This document shows, in pieces, positions 34,396-45,386 of a stretch of 64,000 nucleotides of DNA; the stretch's first letter is position 1; each line of letters starts with the position of its first letter. Location: NCBI GenBank assembly GCA_963695855.1, contig CAVOHZ010000008.1:160001-224000 (forward strand), written 5' to 3'. The translations under genes were made by a program, and so were the position numbers. The notes under the pieces are model-generated. The model searched no databases and was not told where the DNA came from. It saw nothing but the letters and a program-made list of their open reading frames with translations. Source of the DNA: an uncultured Nitrososphaerales archaeon (GTDB taxonomy: Archaea > Thermoproteota > Nitrososphaeria > Nitrososphaerales > Nitrososphaeraceae).

Positions 34396-34702
34396 TAGTT
34401 CTATTTTTTTATTTAAAAGATAAAAATAGAATCGGTTAATACAACAGATAATAATCAATTAGTCCCCATCCTCTTCTTGGAATGTATATCTTTATGTTTT
34501 TGTCATCGGTTCTTGGATAAACATTTTTGCACTTAGATTTCTGAAATAATAATAATAATCAAAACTAATCAAGTAAATGCGATCAATATAAAAAAATTGT
34601 TTATGAAAAAGGATAATAACTTTAGTAGCATAAAAAGTACCTGAAATATATACAGAGTAATCCTAAATTAAGTATTTAAATTAAATTTCACTATTTTTTT
34701 AG

Positions 34703-34969
34703 TGCAGATTCACTTTTGACAAGTTTGTAAAATTAAAAAGATGGGACCCCTATAAAGGCTACAAATATGGTCACAGATATTCCAGGATGCTTCCTTCAGG
34801 ATATTATGAAAATCAAGGATGGGGAGCTTTACATAAAACATGGGTAGGATATTCTATTGCTATCAATAAAAGAGAATCTGATAAAGAAATCAAATACGCT
34901 AAAATTATACAGAAACTACAAAAGGAATTAGATTTGCCAATTGAAGAATTTGAATGTTCATGGCAATAA
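34703..34969 (+). pseudogene. 'WGALHK' family paralogue with degraded 5' end
   Basis: QGWGALHKTWVGYSIAINK...EIKYAKIIQKLQKELDL; homologous frame extends upstream of 34787 without an ATG. Confidence 0.65.
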
Positions 34970-35470
34970 AAGTGCAAATATTACTGATAGCTGAATAGCA
35001 TTAAAATTAACTAATGAACTATCAGATCATTTTCCTTTTAATACTATATCTTTTTCCTTTTTCTGGTCTAAAACATTTTTAATTAATATCTTATAACTCA
35101 TGGATATTAAAGGAAAAATATGTAACCTCAATAAACAATTAAATAGGCAAGACCTAAAAATTTTAAAATGCATGAGGAAGTATATTAGCAAAATCTGCCA
35201 GCCTTTCTAAATCATGAATAACGCTTTTCCAAAAATTAAAGATCAATATCATGGTATTTGTAATCAATTAAAGAGCTTATAGAAGAAATATCTAAGGTTA
35301 TATAGAAAGAACATTATCTGCGATTATAATATTTCAAGATTCTAAATTACTGACTATAAAAAAGATAGAAAATGATGTTTAGGTAGAAAGAGAAATCCTA
35401 GCACTACAGCAACCGACACATGTCTATGAAGAAAGACCCAAGATAAGAAATAATATCAGCATGACTAGCA

Positions 35471-35493
35471 TGGAGGGGATGGGATTTGAACCC
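35471..35493 (-). repeat. tRNA-Ala-like 3'-end fragment (att-like)
   Basis: Revcomp GGG-TTCAAAT-CCCAT-CCCCTCC-A: U70 and A73 fit tRNA-Ala; no 5' half present. Confidence 0.7.
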
Positions 35494-35569
35494 GTTACGT
35501 GCATTCCCTGGTTTGTGCAGTTAATACTAAAGAAACAGATAGAAACTAAAATTGAAGAATTATAGATAT

Positions 35570-35728
35570 TTAATCTTCAAAGAAAGGTCTATGTTGAACA
35601 TCGAAACCTGGAGAGATATTTGCAAATTGCATTATTGTGATCATTTTGCATATTTTGTCCTGTAACTCTGAATGTTCAATGAATTTCTTTTTACAAATAG
35701 GACATTTAGTTTCTTTTCCTACATTCAT
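35570..35728 (-). CDS. 52-aa Zn-finger microprotein
   Basis: MNVGKETKCPICKKKFIEHSELQDKICKM... (C-x2-C...H...C). Confidence 0.6.
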   Translation of the reverse strand: MNVGKETKCPICKKKFIEHSELQDKICKMITIMQFANISPGFDVQHRPFFED

Positions 35729-35986
35729 AATGTTACTATCGCTCATTACATTGTTGAATACGAATTTAATATATCTATGGTTAGAAGGAACATTATCTGA
35801 TCTTGTAATATTTCAAGATTCTGAATTATTGACTATAAGAAGAATAGAAAATTATGTTAGAGTAGAAAAATGAAATTGTCGTAGTACCAATATCGGTAGA
35901 GAAATAGATTAATTAATTGACATTTACTAATTGTTCCTAATATATGAGATTACTAAAGCTATGCTCGAAAATCAACTCCAGAACTC

Positions 35987-36137
35987 AAAAAATAGAAGGT
36001 TGATATAGTTGAAATTGCTAGATGGATATCACTCAAATAAAAAATAGAAGGTTGATATAGTTGAAATTGCTAGATTGATATCACTCAAATAAAAAATAGA
36101 AGGTTGATATAGTTGAAATTGCTAGATTGATATCACT
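35987..36137. repeat. 52-bp tandem repeat, about 3 copies, upstream of 36199
   Basis: aaaaaatagaaggttgatatagttgaaattgctagattgatatcactcaaat. Confidence 0.9.
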
Positions 36138-36198
36138 ATGGATTTATTATGCAAAATGTGACTGTATTTATAAATATAATATTTGACTTTATTAATCA

Positions 36199-37050
36199 AT
36201 GAATAAAAACGTATCAATTATTCTAGCAGGACTTTTCAGCATCAGCTTGTTGATTCCTGGAGGCATCTTCAGTATAGCCTATGGAACGCAATCCGAATAT
36301 AGTGACAGGTATGGATATGAGAAAGAGGACTACAAGAAATATAGTGACAGGTATGACGACAAAAAGAAAGAAGAATTAATAATCAAGAAGAAAATCATTC
36401 TCTGTGAAGATACAGAACCAGATCCAAATAGTGTAGGTGTAATTCAAAATAACGAAGATTTTCACTTCTGTATAGATCCGACGCAGTTCCGAGAGACTGA
36501 AAATGAGCAAATCGTCAGAGACTTTAACGTTGGTTTAGAAGAAGACTTCAATCTTGTAAACTGTAAGTATCAACCAGATGTATGTGAAGAACAGGGAATA
36601 AAATACTCTGACTTTCAGATAGATGTAATTCCAAGTATTCCTGGAAGTAAATTCCCAACTAAATTCGACATAGACAAAACTGCATTTAGAGTAACCGAAG
36701 AATTCAAACTTGAAGGGCTTGGAGATATTGGATGTTTCTTCATTGCTAGAGACAACTTTAAAACCGACTTAGACAAAGGTGGTTTTATTGAAACTCAATT
36801 AGACAAAGCCTTATTCGTGTGTGCTTCCTTTGAAGGAGACTGCAATGTTAACGAGGACGACAGCATAGGTAGAGACTTCGCAATGTCATATGGTGACAAT
36901 AGTTATGATTATGAATACAAGACATGTACAGTCACAAACTATGTCATTGCTTCATTCGATCTATCTGATCCTGGTGTTACCGGACAAATGACAGACCTCT
37001 TGAATTCCCAGGTTTATGATTCACCAACAGCAAGCGCAGCCCAAAGTTAA
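36199..37050 (+). CDS. Secreted acidic Cys-rich hypothetical protein
   Basis: Signal peptide, Y/D/K-rich N-terminal repeats, CASFEGDC...TCTVTNY. Confidence 0.8.
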   Translation: MNKNVSIILAGLFSISLLIPGGIFSIAYGTQSEYSDRYGYEKEDYKKYSDRYDDKKKEELIIKKKIILCEDTEPDPNSVGVIQNNEDFHFCIDPTQFRETENEQIVRDFNVGLEEDFNLVNCKYQPDVCEEQGIKYSDFQIDVIPSIPGSKFPTKFDIDKTAFRVTEEFKLEGLGDIGCFFIARDNFKTDLDKGGFIETQLDKALFVCASFEGDCNVNEDDSIGRDFAMSYGDNSYDYEYKTCTVTNYVIASFDLSDPGVTGQMTDLLNSQVYDSPTASAAQS

Positions 37051-37065
37051 AACACCAATATAGCA

Positions 37066-37120
37066 GGATGAGCAGGTAATACCGAACTCATCCAACAAAC
37101 AACCCTTATTTTTATTTTGG
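37066..37120 (+). terminator. Hairpin followed by T-rich tract downstream of 36199-37050
   Basis: ggatgag...ctcatcc stem, then ttatttttattttgg. Confidence 0.4.
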
Positions 37121-37394
37121 TATTTGATATATTTTCAAAATAGACTTTATAAAAATCTAGTTTAATTCAATATAAAATTCATCCTCATTTACCTGAAATT
37201 ATTTTGATTTGTTGTTGTATCTTTTGACAGAAACAAAGAATTGAATCAATACATGTAATTCATTTCGGATTCATGCGTACTCGTGGGACCAAACTTTAAA
37301 AAAATTGAAAAAGAAATACATTGAAAATCATCTACCAGTTCCATATGAAATGATAGTTAGTTAATTGACTAATAAATTGGATAAATGAAAAATG

Positions 37395-38112
37395 GGCTCT
37401 GTTAATTTAAGATAATATTCACCTCCTTTAACTGAAAATATAAGTATTATTTGCTATTCTATCATTATATATAGATACAAAGAATTGTATCCAATTATAA
37501 ACATGAAATAAATTACATTCCATTTGTCTGCATAGATAATAGTCATCAAAAGATTAAGTTCTATCTTTCAAATACTGGTTGACTCTTTCCATCAAACTTT
37601 TCTGAAATGGTGAGTGTAAATAGTGTTTTAATCCAATTATGTTACATGCTTCCTCATACCATCTACCTCCATTATCTGTATACACGGCATGTTTTCCATA
37701 GTTTGATACAAGAGATAGAATGAATTTTTCAGCAACAAGCATGTTTCTCTCTTCTGAGATATAGATTCCAAGCATGGAACTGTGGACCGGTTCAATACAA
37801 AACCATAGCCAGAAATGCTGGTTACCAATCTGAATAACTGTTTCATCAATAATAAAAGTAGATGCTCGTTTCCTTTTGTAAATTTGAGATGAGCCAAACC
37901 TTTGTATCCAATTCCATACAGACACGTAAGTTCTTTTCCTATCTTTAAAGAGTATTAACGCTTTAGATGTATTTCTTAGACTGAGACCAAGAAAATACAG
38001 ATACAAAGAATACATTACTATAAAATGGGGTGTCTTATTTCTTTCAAATTTGATTTTCATATTATAAATAGAATGTTCTTAGCTATAGCTTTTACTACTT
38101 AAATTAAGAACC
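37395..38112 (-). mobile_element. IS6 family element with nonsense-truncated transposase (37554-38060)
   Basis: 5' half near-identical to 28269-28880; TIRs ggctctgttaatttaag and cttaaattaagaacc; premature TAA before SFDDYY. Confidence 0.9.
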
Positions 38113-38146
38113 ATAGAAAAATACTATATTCGTAAAAGAGATGTAA

Positions 38147-38403
38147 GTTTCAATCCTTGTTATGATGGATTTTGTTTTTTGACACTGGATATACCATTGT
38201 TAAAGTAAACTCCATTATCATGGTTTCAATCCTTGTTATGATGGATTTTGTTTTTTGACACCAGCAATGTTCAAATATGATGAAGATTTTGCAGAGTTTC
38301 AATCCTTGTTATGATGGATTTTGTTTTTTGACTATCTTCAAAAATAGAACATTAAAGTATGTAAAAGTTTCAATCCTTGTTATGATGGATTTTGTTTTTT
38401 GAC
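38147..38403 (-). CRISPR. Orphan CRISPR array: 4 identical 37-bp repeats, 3 spacers (39, 36, 34 bp)
   Basis: Repeat GTCAAAAAACAAAATCCATCATAACAAGGATTGAAAC (minus strand) at 38147, 38223, 38296, 38367; ATTGAAAC 3' end; AT-rich putative leader to the right; no cas genes in window. Confidence 0.95.
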
Positions 38404-38567
38404 ACCAATTTATTTTTTTCATCTTTCTATTATATTTAGGATCTATCTATCTAAAAGATGCATTATGACTCTAGTAATGACTGTACGCCAAATCCATCTT
38501 ATAAGAGGATAGAGTATAGATCAGACAGGTAGTCAATAAGGATCGTATTCAGTATTTGAAATAACTT

Positions 38568-40055
38568 TTATTGCTTACTTAACTGAGCTGTCATAGGTAT
38601 CGTAAAATTAAAATTTGCACCTTTCTTCTTATTGTTCTCAGCCCATATTTTTCCCCCATGTTTTTCGATAATATTTTTGCAAATGTACAGACCTAGACCA
38701 GTTCCTGATTTTGAGCCTGTTACAAATTTAGTAAAGAGTTTATCCTTTATATTTGATGGAATGCCTGGGCCGTTATCTATTATTCTTACCAATACAGTAT
38801 TGTTGTCTTGTCTTTCTAAAAATACAATAATTTCTCCTTCTTGTACAATATTTATAGCATTATTGATAATGTTTAAAAAAACTTGGTTGAAACGCAATTT
38901 ATCTGCAACTAGCAAAATTGAATCTTCTTTGTATTTTAAAATTAAACTAATCTTTTTATTTCGAATTTGGTTTTTCAGATCTTTTAGTAAATCTTTTACT
39001 AACTCTACAAGATCAAATTCTTCCATATTAAGATTTAAAAGTTGACTGTCAATACGGGCAGTCTCCAATATATTATCTGTAAGTAACTCAATTTTTTTAG
39101 TATTCTTTCTAATTATTTTGACTAAATCCTCTATATGAGGAACATCAAGGTTCTTGTTAGAAAGCATAATTTCTGTGAGGCCTAAAATAGACTGGATTGG
39201 ATTTCGAATCTCGTGTGCTGTTTCTTTAATAAATTGTATTTGTAATTCATTTGTTTTTTTTAATTGCTCATAAAGATCTTCCGCCTTTTCATAAAGGTCT
39301 GACTGTTCCCACAAGTACTCAAACAGAGAAATATAATATAATACCGTTGACTTACTATTAGAGAAGGTTGAGAGCCCTATAGATTCAGCAGGAATTTCTG
39401 TATAATCGTTTACTAGTTCCGCGGCCATAGAGAATTTCCTGTCTACTATCAAAAATGTGACCGTTAAATAGAGTGCTTCTGGTAAATACTTAATATGTAC
39501 TCCTTGAGTCTTTAATCTGTTGACTGGATCAACAATCTTTTTATCAAAAGGAGTTAGAATTCTAAATTTTATGTTACCTTTGGTAGTGTCTTGCAATCTT
39601 TGCAAAGTAAGAAAACTGTCTCCCAATACCATTCTCCTATAAAACCCGTTTGCTGAAGAAAAAAGTAATAATTCTTCATCCTCTGCAGATTGAACAAGAT
39701 TAATAGCAGTTCTTATTGCTTCTTCAGGGTTGTTGATTACTTTGAGCCATGGTTTACTGGATTTATTATTAGTTTTTATTTCTTGAATTTCTTTTGAAGT
39801 TGGAATGGCTTTATCCCAGAAAGTATCAAAAACAAATTGTTTATTTCCAATAAAATTTTTAATATTTTTACCATAAAAGTCCTCCAATCTCTTGTACACG
39901 TTAAAACATTTATGAGTATGAAAAAAGTATAGAGAACCATCTATTACTTCTTGAATGATTTCCTCATCGTTTTCAGTAAGCAGGGGTTCTTTACACAAGA
40001 AACATTTTAATTCAGTTTCTTTGTTGGAATTGGAGAAGTCTATATTTTCATTCAT
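38568..40055 (-). CDS. Sensor histidine kinase with N-terminal TRASH/YHS-like Cys motif
   Basis: CFLC...FFHTHKC; AHEIRNPIQ H-box; NIINNA, DNGPGI and GTGLGL boxes. Confidence 0.92.
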   Translation of the reverse strand: MNENIDFSNSNKETELKCFLCKEPLLTENDEEIIQEVIDGSLYFFHTHKCFNVYKRLEDFYGKNIKNFIGNKQFVFDTFWDKAIPTSKEIQEIKTNNKSSKPWLKVINNPEEAIRTAINLVQSAEDEELLLFSSANGFYRRMVLGDSFLTLQRLQDTTKGNIKFRILTPFDKKIVDPVNRLKTQGVHIKYLPEALYLTVTFLIVDRKFSMAAELVNDYTEIPAESIGLSTFSNSKSTVLYYISLFEYLWEQSDLYEKAEDLYEQLKKTNELQIQFIKETAHEIRNPIQSILGLTEIMLSNKNLDVPHIEDLVKIIRKNTKKIELLTDNILETARIDSQLLNLNMEEFDLVELVKDLLKDLKNQIRNKKISLILKYKEDSILLVADKLRFNQVFLNIINNAINIVQEGEIIVFLERQDNNTVLVRIIDNGPGIPSNIKDKLFTKFVTGSKSGTGLGLYICKNIIEKHGGKIWAENNKKKGANFNFTIPMTAQLSKQ

Positions 40056-40516
40056 TTTTTTCTAGGCCGGCACGATTATGGGAATATTATGATCTCTATG
40101 AGTTTTAAACTATTCGAACATTCAGAATGTTTACAAGAATTATTTATTGCTTAAAAAGAAGGATCATTTAGACAGAATTTTTATATTTTAAAATTATTAT
40201 TTTGCGACGCCGAAAAATTTTAGTCTTATATAAATGTTATATTTAATACTAATAAATAAAATTTATAAAAAACATTATTTTCTTAACGTATGTCAATTAA
40301 ATTTGTAAAATTGTTTACAAATATAATATAATTATATCAATCATTATTCTACATCTATTATAATAGTATTGAAATATTAGTTCACCAAATAACTTTTATA
40401 AAATGAACCTATCTTAATCTTTTAAGAAGGGAAAAAAAATGAATTTATCAAATCTATTTGATTATGTTAATAATAAATTTCCATTTTTAATTAATATTTC
40501 TGGAGAAGACTGTTAA

Positions 40517-41644
40517 ATGAAAAATTTTACTCCAAAAGAAATAAGATTTTCGGGTAATTCAATAAAGTGTTGTATAGTTTTTATCGACTTGGTAGATTCG
40601 ACTAAAAATACTATTACAATGGACAATTTAGAATATATTAAAATCTATTATTCTAAATTTATAAATTCAGTATCAAAAATACTTAAAAGTTATGGTGGTA
40701 AAGTTATTAAGAATATTGGGGATAGTCTCTTAGTATACTTTCCAAAAACATCCGATAGTAAAAACGAACAAGCTTTTAGAGAGGCTATTGAATGTGGTTT
40801 GAAAATCCTAGATTCCCGCTATGCTGTTAATCAAGAATTGTCAAAGCAGTATCTTCCCCCATTTAGCTATAGAATTAGTATGGATTACGGTGTACTAAAT
40901 ATAGCTTTAGTTGGTGAGTATAGCCAGATAGATTTATTTGGTTCAACTATAAATCTTTGTTCAAAGATAAACTCTTCTTCTTTGTCTATTCCTAATAAGA
41001 TAATTATTGGAGACAATTGTTATAGGATATTAAAATCTTTTTCTAATATTAATAACAATTATAATTTTATTAATAATGGTGAATGTAAGATAACCGAAAC
41101 TTTTGGATACTCTACATATAGTATAAAAAAAGTTAACATATCATCGTCACTTAATGATAGTAGTATTAGAAACTTTCTTAGGAAGAAAATGAAGGTAGGT
41201 TCTTCTACGGCTAAGGATTTTATAGAAACTAAAAGTAAAAAAGATTTATTTTTTCATAAACAAAAAAACAATAAAAAAAATAGAATAATTTTAGTAGATG
41301 ATGATGAGGATCTACTTCTTATCTATGACTCATTTTTAAAGGATAATGGTTATGAAATAATTTCTTTTACAGACCCCGCCGAGGCACTGAATTATATTCG
41401 AGAAATTCCTAATTTTGATGATTTATTAGTAATACTTGATATCAGAATGAAAAATATGAATGGAATTCAATTACATCAACAAATAAAAGCTATAGATCCA
41501 ACAATTAAGATTCTTTTTGTAACCGCTTTAGATATATTAGACGAATTATTAAGTATAGTTCCTGGAATATCAAAAGACCAAATTATGAGAAAGCCAGTTG
41601 ATAAAGAGCTATTTGGAAATACTGTAAAAAAAATGTTGAAGTAA
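40517..41644 (+). CDS. Class III adenylate/guanylate cyclase fused to a C-terminal receiver domain
   Basis: FIDLVDST, KNIGDS, DLFGSTIN; LVDDD, LDIRM, FVTA, RKP. Confidence 0.9.
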   Translation: MKNFTPKEIRFSGNSIKCCIVFIDLVDSTKNTITMDNLEYIKIYYSKFINSVSKILKSYGGKVIKNIGDSLLVYFPKTSDSKNEQAFREAIECGLKILDSRYAVNQELSKQYLPPFSYRISMDYGVLNIALVGEYSQIDLFGSTINLCSKINSSSLSIPNKIIIGDNCYRILKSFSNINNNYNFINNGECKITETFGYSTYSIKKVNISSSLNDSSIRNFLRKKMKVGSSTAKDFIETKSKKDLFFHKQKNNKKNRIILVDDDEDLLLIYDSFLKDNGYEIISFTDPAEALNYIREIPNFDDLLVILDIRMKNMNGIQLHQQIKAIDPTIKILFVTALDILDELLSIVPGISKDQIMRKPVDKELFGNTVKKMLK

Positions 41645-41700
41645 TAAAAAAATTATATTTTATTATTATCATTATTGTGCTATTCAGTTAATATAAATAT

Positions 41701-41764
41701 TATCTCTTTATTACTATAACATTAGACTCTTATTTTTGCACAGCTATCGGTATTACTCCCGACG
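41701..41764 (-). repeat. Junction element family A copy (inverted)
   Basis: Revcomp cgtcgggagtaataccgatagctgtgcaaaaataagagtctaatgttatagtaa. Confidence 0.85.
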
Positions 41765-41936
41765 TAGGAAGACAATTTATTCTCAATGTTGAAAGGAGAA
41801 TATTCAAAAACCGATTTTAACTAAAAAAATAGATACAAAAAATAATGAATCTATATATAGAAAATTAGAAAACTGGTTTGATAATGAAAAATATCATTAC
41901 ATTCCTCTTACCACTTTATCTGAAGTTTTTTATTTA

Positions 41937-42859
41937 GAGCCTATCCCAAAATTAACCTCCTGTAAACAATAATACTATTAGCCAATTGTACAAGACCGAG
42001 ATAGTTCTCATCCTTTTTTTCATATCTTGTAAATAACTTTCTGAATCTATTGTGCCATGAATTTGTTCTCTCTACCACCCATCTTTTTGCTGCAGGATGT
42101 CTCTTGTTAAGTTTCTTTTCTTCTCTTCTGTGTCGTATATGTGGAATATATCCTCTTTTGATAACTTCTTGTTCTATTTCCTTGGAATGATATGCTTTAT
42201 CAAGACATAGATTCTGCTTTTTCTTATTCTTCTTCTTGTTTCTATATTTTGCTATTGATGATGAAGATGGTGGTCTTTTGATAACAATATTATCAATTGT
42301 ATTTGTTGCAACAGTAGTAACATCGTGAGTATTTGAAGATGTTATAACAGTTGAAAGGGGAATACCATCTTTATCCGTTAAAATATGTCTTTTGGTGCCT
42401 AATTTACTTCTGTCAGTAGGATTATGTCCAGTCATCGCCCCCCTAAAGGTGATTTTACGGATATGCTATCAAGTGATTGCAATGTACATTTGATTCCTCT
42501 CTTGTTATCGTATATTTTTAACAATCTACTCCATAGTATATCAAATATACCTGATTCTCTGCATTCTTGAAATCTTCTATGACATGTTGAACCTGAACCA
42601 TATTCTTTGGGTAACATTTTCCATTGACATCCAGTCCTCAGGATAAAGATGATACCATCAAATACTTTTCTATATGGAACAATTGGACGACCTATTGTAT
42701 TGTCTGGTTTCTCATCCGGTAAAATATTTGTAATTTCATTCCAAAGATCATCTGGAATACATGTAATTGTTCTAATATACTTTTTATTCTTACTCAAACA
42801 TTATTATATATGATAAGAAACCAACAAGCTATATTCCTATCTATTTTTGGGATAGGCTC
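41937..42859 (-). mobile_element. Complete IS5 family (IS427-like) element, orfA 42432-42797 and orfB 41941-42435
   Basis: Perfect TIR gagcctatcccaaaa; flanking TA; motifs LRTGCQW..LP, DS, DKAY, RWVVER. Confidence 0.93.
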
Positions 42860-43199
42860 TAAATGCGGCTTACAAAATATACAAGGATTAGCTACATTTT
42901 TGTATTTATCTCAGTGGTTTGTGAAACAAATTTACTTAATTTTTTGTACTTCTATATAAACAGTATATTTTTATAAAAATGTTAACCAAATTGATAGTAA
43001 TTTTTCTAAACAATTACTATTAATATTATTTTTAAAATAATAATACATACATCTTTTTCATTTTATTGTTAAAATCACAAAATATTTTATTTAACTCACA
43101 TTTTGAAAAGCAATATTTTTGGTAATTAATTTTTGATTGCAAGAAAAGCTTATTTTTAATCTATATCCATTAAATGGAAATAGTTGCTAAAAATATCAT

Positions 43200-44042
43200 T
43201 TATTTTTCAATAGGATTCCCAAGAGTATTACCCCATTCTAGCCATGAACCATCATAACTTTTTACATTAGGATAACCAAGAAGATATTTCAAAACAAACC
43301 AAGTATAAGCTGCTCTTTCCCCAATCCCACAATATGTTATTACTTCTTTATCGGGTGTAACATTTAGCGATTCATAAAGTTTTTTCAACTCATCTGCCGA
43401 TTTGAGACTTCCATCTTCATTAACCATTTTAGCCCAAGGTACATTTACTGCACCGGGGATGTGTCCTCCCATTTGACCATATTCAGTAGAATATTCTGTT
43501 GGAGCAAGTGTTTTTCCATTATATTCCTCATTAGTTCTTACATCAACCAGTACCTTGTCTTGAGAGCGTAATGCCTCTTTTACATAATTCATATAGACTC
43601 TTATACTTTTATCTGGGTCAGAGGCTTTGAAGTTCCCTCTTGGATAAGATGGAATATCTAAACTAAGTGGTCGGTTTTCGTCAAACCATTTCTTCCGTGA
43701 ACCATTCATTAATCTAACATCTTGAAATCCATAATACTTGAAAATCCAGAAAGCAAATGTTGCAAACCAGTTCTTCAAATCACCATAAACAATTAGTGTT
43801 GTCTCATTGTTTACACCTATCCGTTGTAATAAATGCTCTAGATCTTCTTTTGAGATTATATCTCTCTTCCATGAATCAATTATGTCTCTTTTCCAATCAA
43901 AGAGGACAGCTCCGGGAATATGCCCAAGCATATAGCTTGTAGCAGGAGTATAGTCAACTTCAACAATTCGTACTTTTGGGTCGTTTAAATGATCATTTAT
44001 CCATTGTGTACTGACTAAGACGTTAGGGCAAGCATAATCCAT
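43200..44042 (-). CDS. Tandem-domain sulfurtransferase (rhodanese, SseA/CysA-like)
   Basis: LVSTQW, GHIPGA twice, TYCGIGERA active loop, YDGSWLEWG. Confidence 0.95.
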   Translation of the reverse strand: MDYACPNVLVSTQWINDHLNDPKVRIVEVDYTPATSYMLGHIPGAVLFDWKRDIIDSWKRDIISKEDLEHLLQRIGVNNETTLIVYGDLKNWFATFAFWIFKYYGFQDVRLMNGSRKKWFDENRPLSLDIPSYPRGNFKASDPDKSIRVYMNYVKEALRSQDKVLVDVRTNEEYNGKTLAPTEYSTEYGQMGGHIPGAVNVPWAKMVNEDGSLKSADELKKLYESLNVTPDKEVITYCGIGERAAYTWFVLKYLLGYPNVKSYDGSWLEWGNTLGNPIEK

Positions 44043-44278
44043 TATAACACACTAATTTCCTTGTACATTCTACTATGTTCAACTCTTTAATTGTTTCTTA
44101 AATAAAATAGGATATAATTTATTTATTCATTAGAACAGTTATTAAATCAGAGCAGTAACCAATAGATTGTCTTATTCTTTAATTATCATCTTTACATCAG
44201 GTTTTCTGTGATAGTGGTTTTTTTAGATAATAGGTTGGCTTTTTATGTAAGTATTGATTTCTTCTAGATTAGAGAAAC

Positions 44279-45166
44279 TTGAAGTTTCCCATGTTGAATT
44301 CTGATAATTCATTTTTTAAAGAAAAAGAATTGGATTTTGTCGATTTGTTATCTACAATTACGAATGAAATAATCTTTTGCAAAAGAGAAAGTAAATTGTC
44401 GAGATACATGTCAGATAAAGACAAAACAATTTTGGATGACAATAATACTTTTCCACAAATAACAGATATTCAAACTTACATTGCCGAAACTGAAACAAGA
44501 ATCTTGGAAGCATTTGAAAAGGGTTCTAGATTTAAGCCAAAAATAGAAATGGCTGAACAGTTTTTGCATCAGCATGTGGGTTCTAAATTGAAACTTGTAG
44601 CACTTTATGTTGATTTGGTTGATTCTACTTTAATGACTAGAGATTTTTCAGTCGAAAAGTTAGCTACAATAATACAGATGTTTACACAAGAAATGTCGGT
44701 TGCCGCCTCCAGTTTTAATGGACAGATATTAAAATATGTAGGAGATGCCGTGATAGTATATTTTCCTATAGAAGCAAATGATTCTGTTTCCTATAGTTCC
44801 GCAATAAATTGTGCATTTCATATGATTACTATTATTGACCAAGCGATAAATCCTATTTTAAGACGATATAATTATGACCCCTTGAAAGTAAGGATAGGGA
44901 TAGATGCTAGTGAACATTCAATTATTCACTATATTTTAGGTGAGAAATCCTATACCGATATTTTAGGTTACGGTATTAGTATGGCAGCAAAATTCACTAA
45001 ACTAGCAAAGCCTAACCAGATTATTACCAGTCATGGAATATATATTAGCATGCATCCATCACTAAGAAAGAGATTCTCAGAATTGGAGATATCTCCTAGA
45101 ATATGGAAATATATAGATGAAAGAATTCAACCTGGAGTTTGGCAATCACTGGATAAAATGCAATAA
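44279..45166 (+). CDS. Class III adenylate/guanylate cyclase
   Basis: YVDLVDST, LKYVGDAV, VRIGID, DILGYGISMAAK. Confidence 0.88.
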   Translation: MKFPMLNSDNSFFKEKELDFVDLLSTITNEIIFCKRESKLSRYMSDKDKTILDDNNTFPQITDIQTYIAETETRILEAFEKGSRFKPKIEMAEQFLHQHVGSKLKLVALYVDLVDSTLMTRDFSVEKLATIIQMFTQEMSVAASSFNGQILKYVGDAVIVYFPIEANDSVSYSSAINCAFHMITIIDQAINPILRRYNYDPLKVRIGIDASEHSIIHYILGEKSYTDILGYGISMAAKFTKLAKPNQIITSHGIYISMHPSLRKRFSELEISPRIWKYIDERIQPGVWQSLDKMQ

Positions 45167-45386
45167 TAAAGAAAAATTATTTGATATTAAAAAACATTAC
45201 ATTGAATATACAAGGTCATATTTTTCGATTATATAGGATATGTATGGTAATAGATTATCTCCTAAAATCAACAGTTACTTGTTATAATATTCATTGAAAC
45301 AATATATTACTATAGAATCAAAATGCAGGAATTATAATTTGAATCAATTACTTAAAAATAGTTATAAATCAAAACAATATATTTAT

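Noticed and set aside
38404-38567. tracrRNA of a class 2 system
   Set aside because: The repeat resembles a class 1 (ATTGAAAC) type, no Cas9/Cas12/TnpB gene is in the window, and complementarity is only partial.
38568-45166. Cyclase-based antiviral signalling (Pycsar/CBASS-like) linked to the CRISPR array
   Set aside because: No cyclic-nucleotide-binding effector adjacent; the cyclases carry adenine-type residues and sit in a two-component context.
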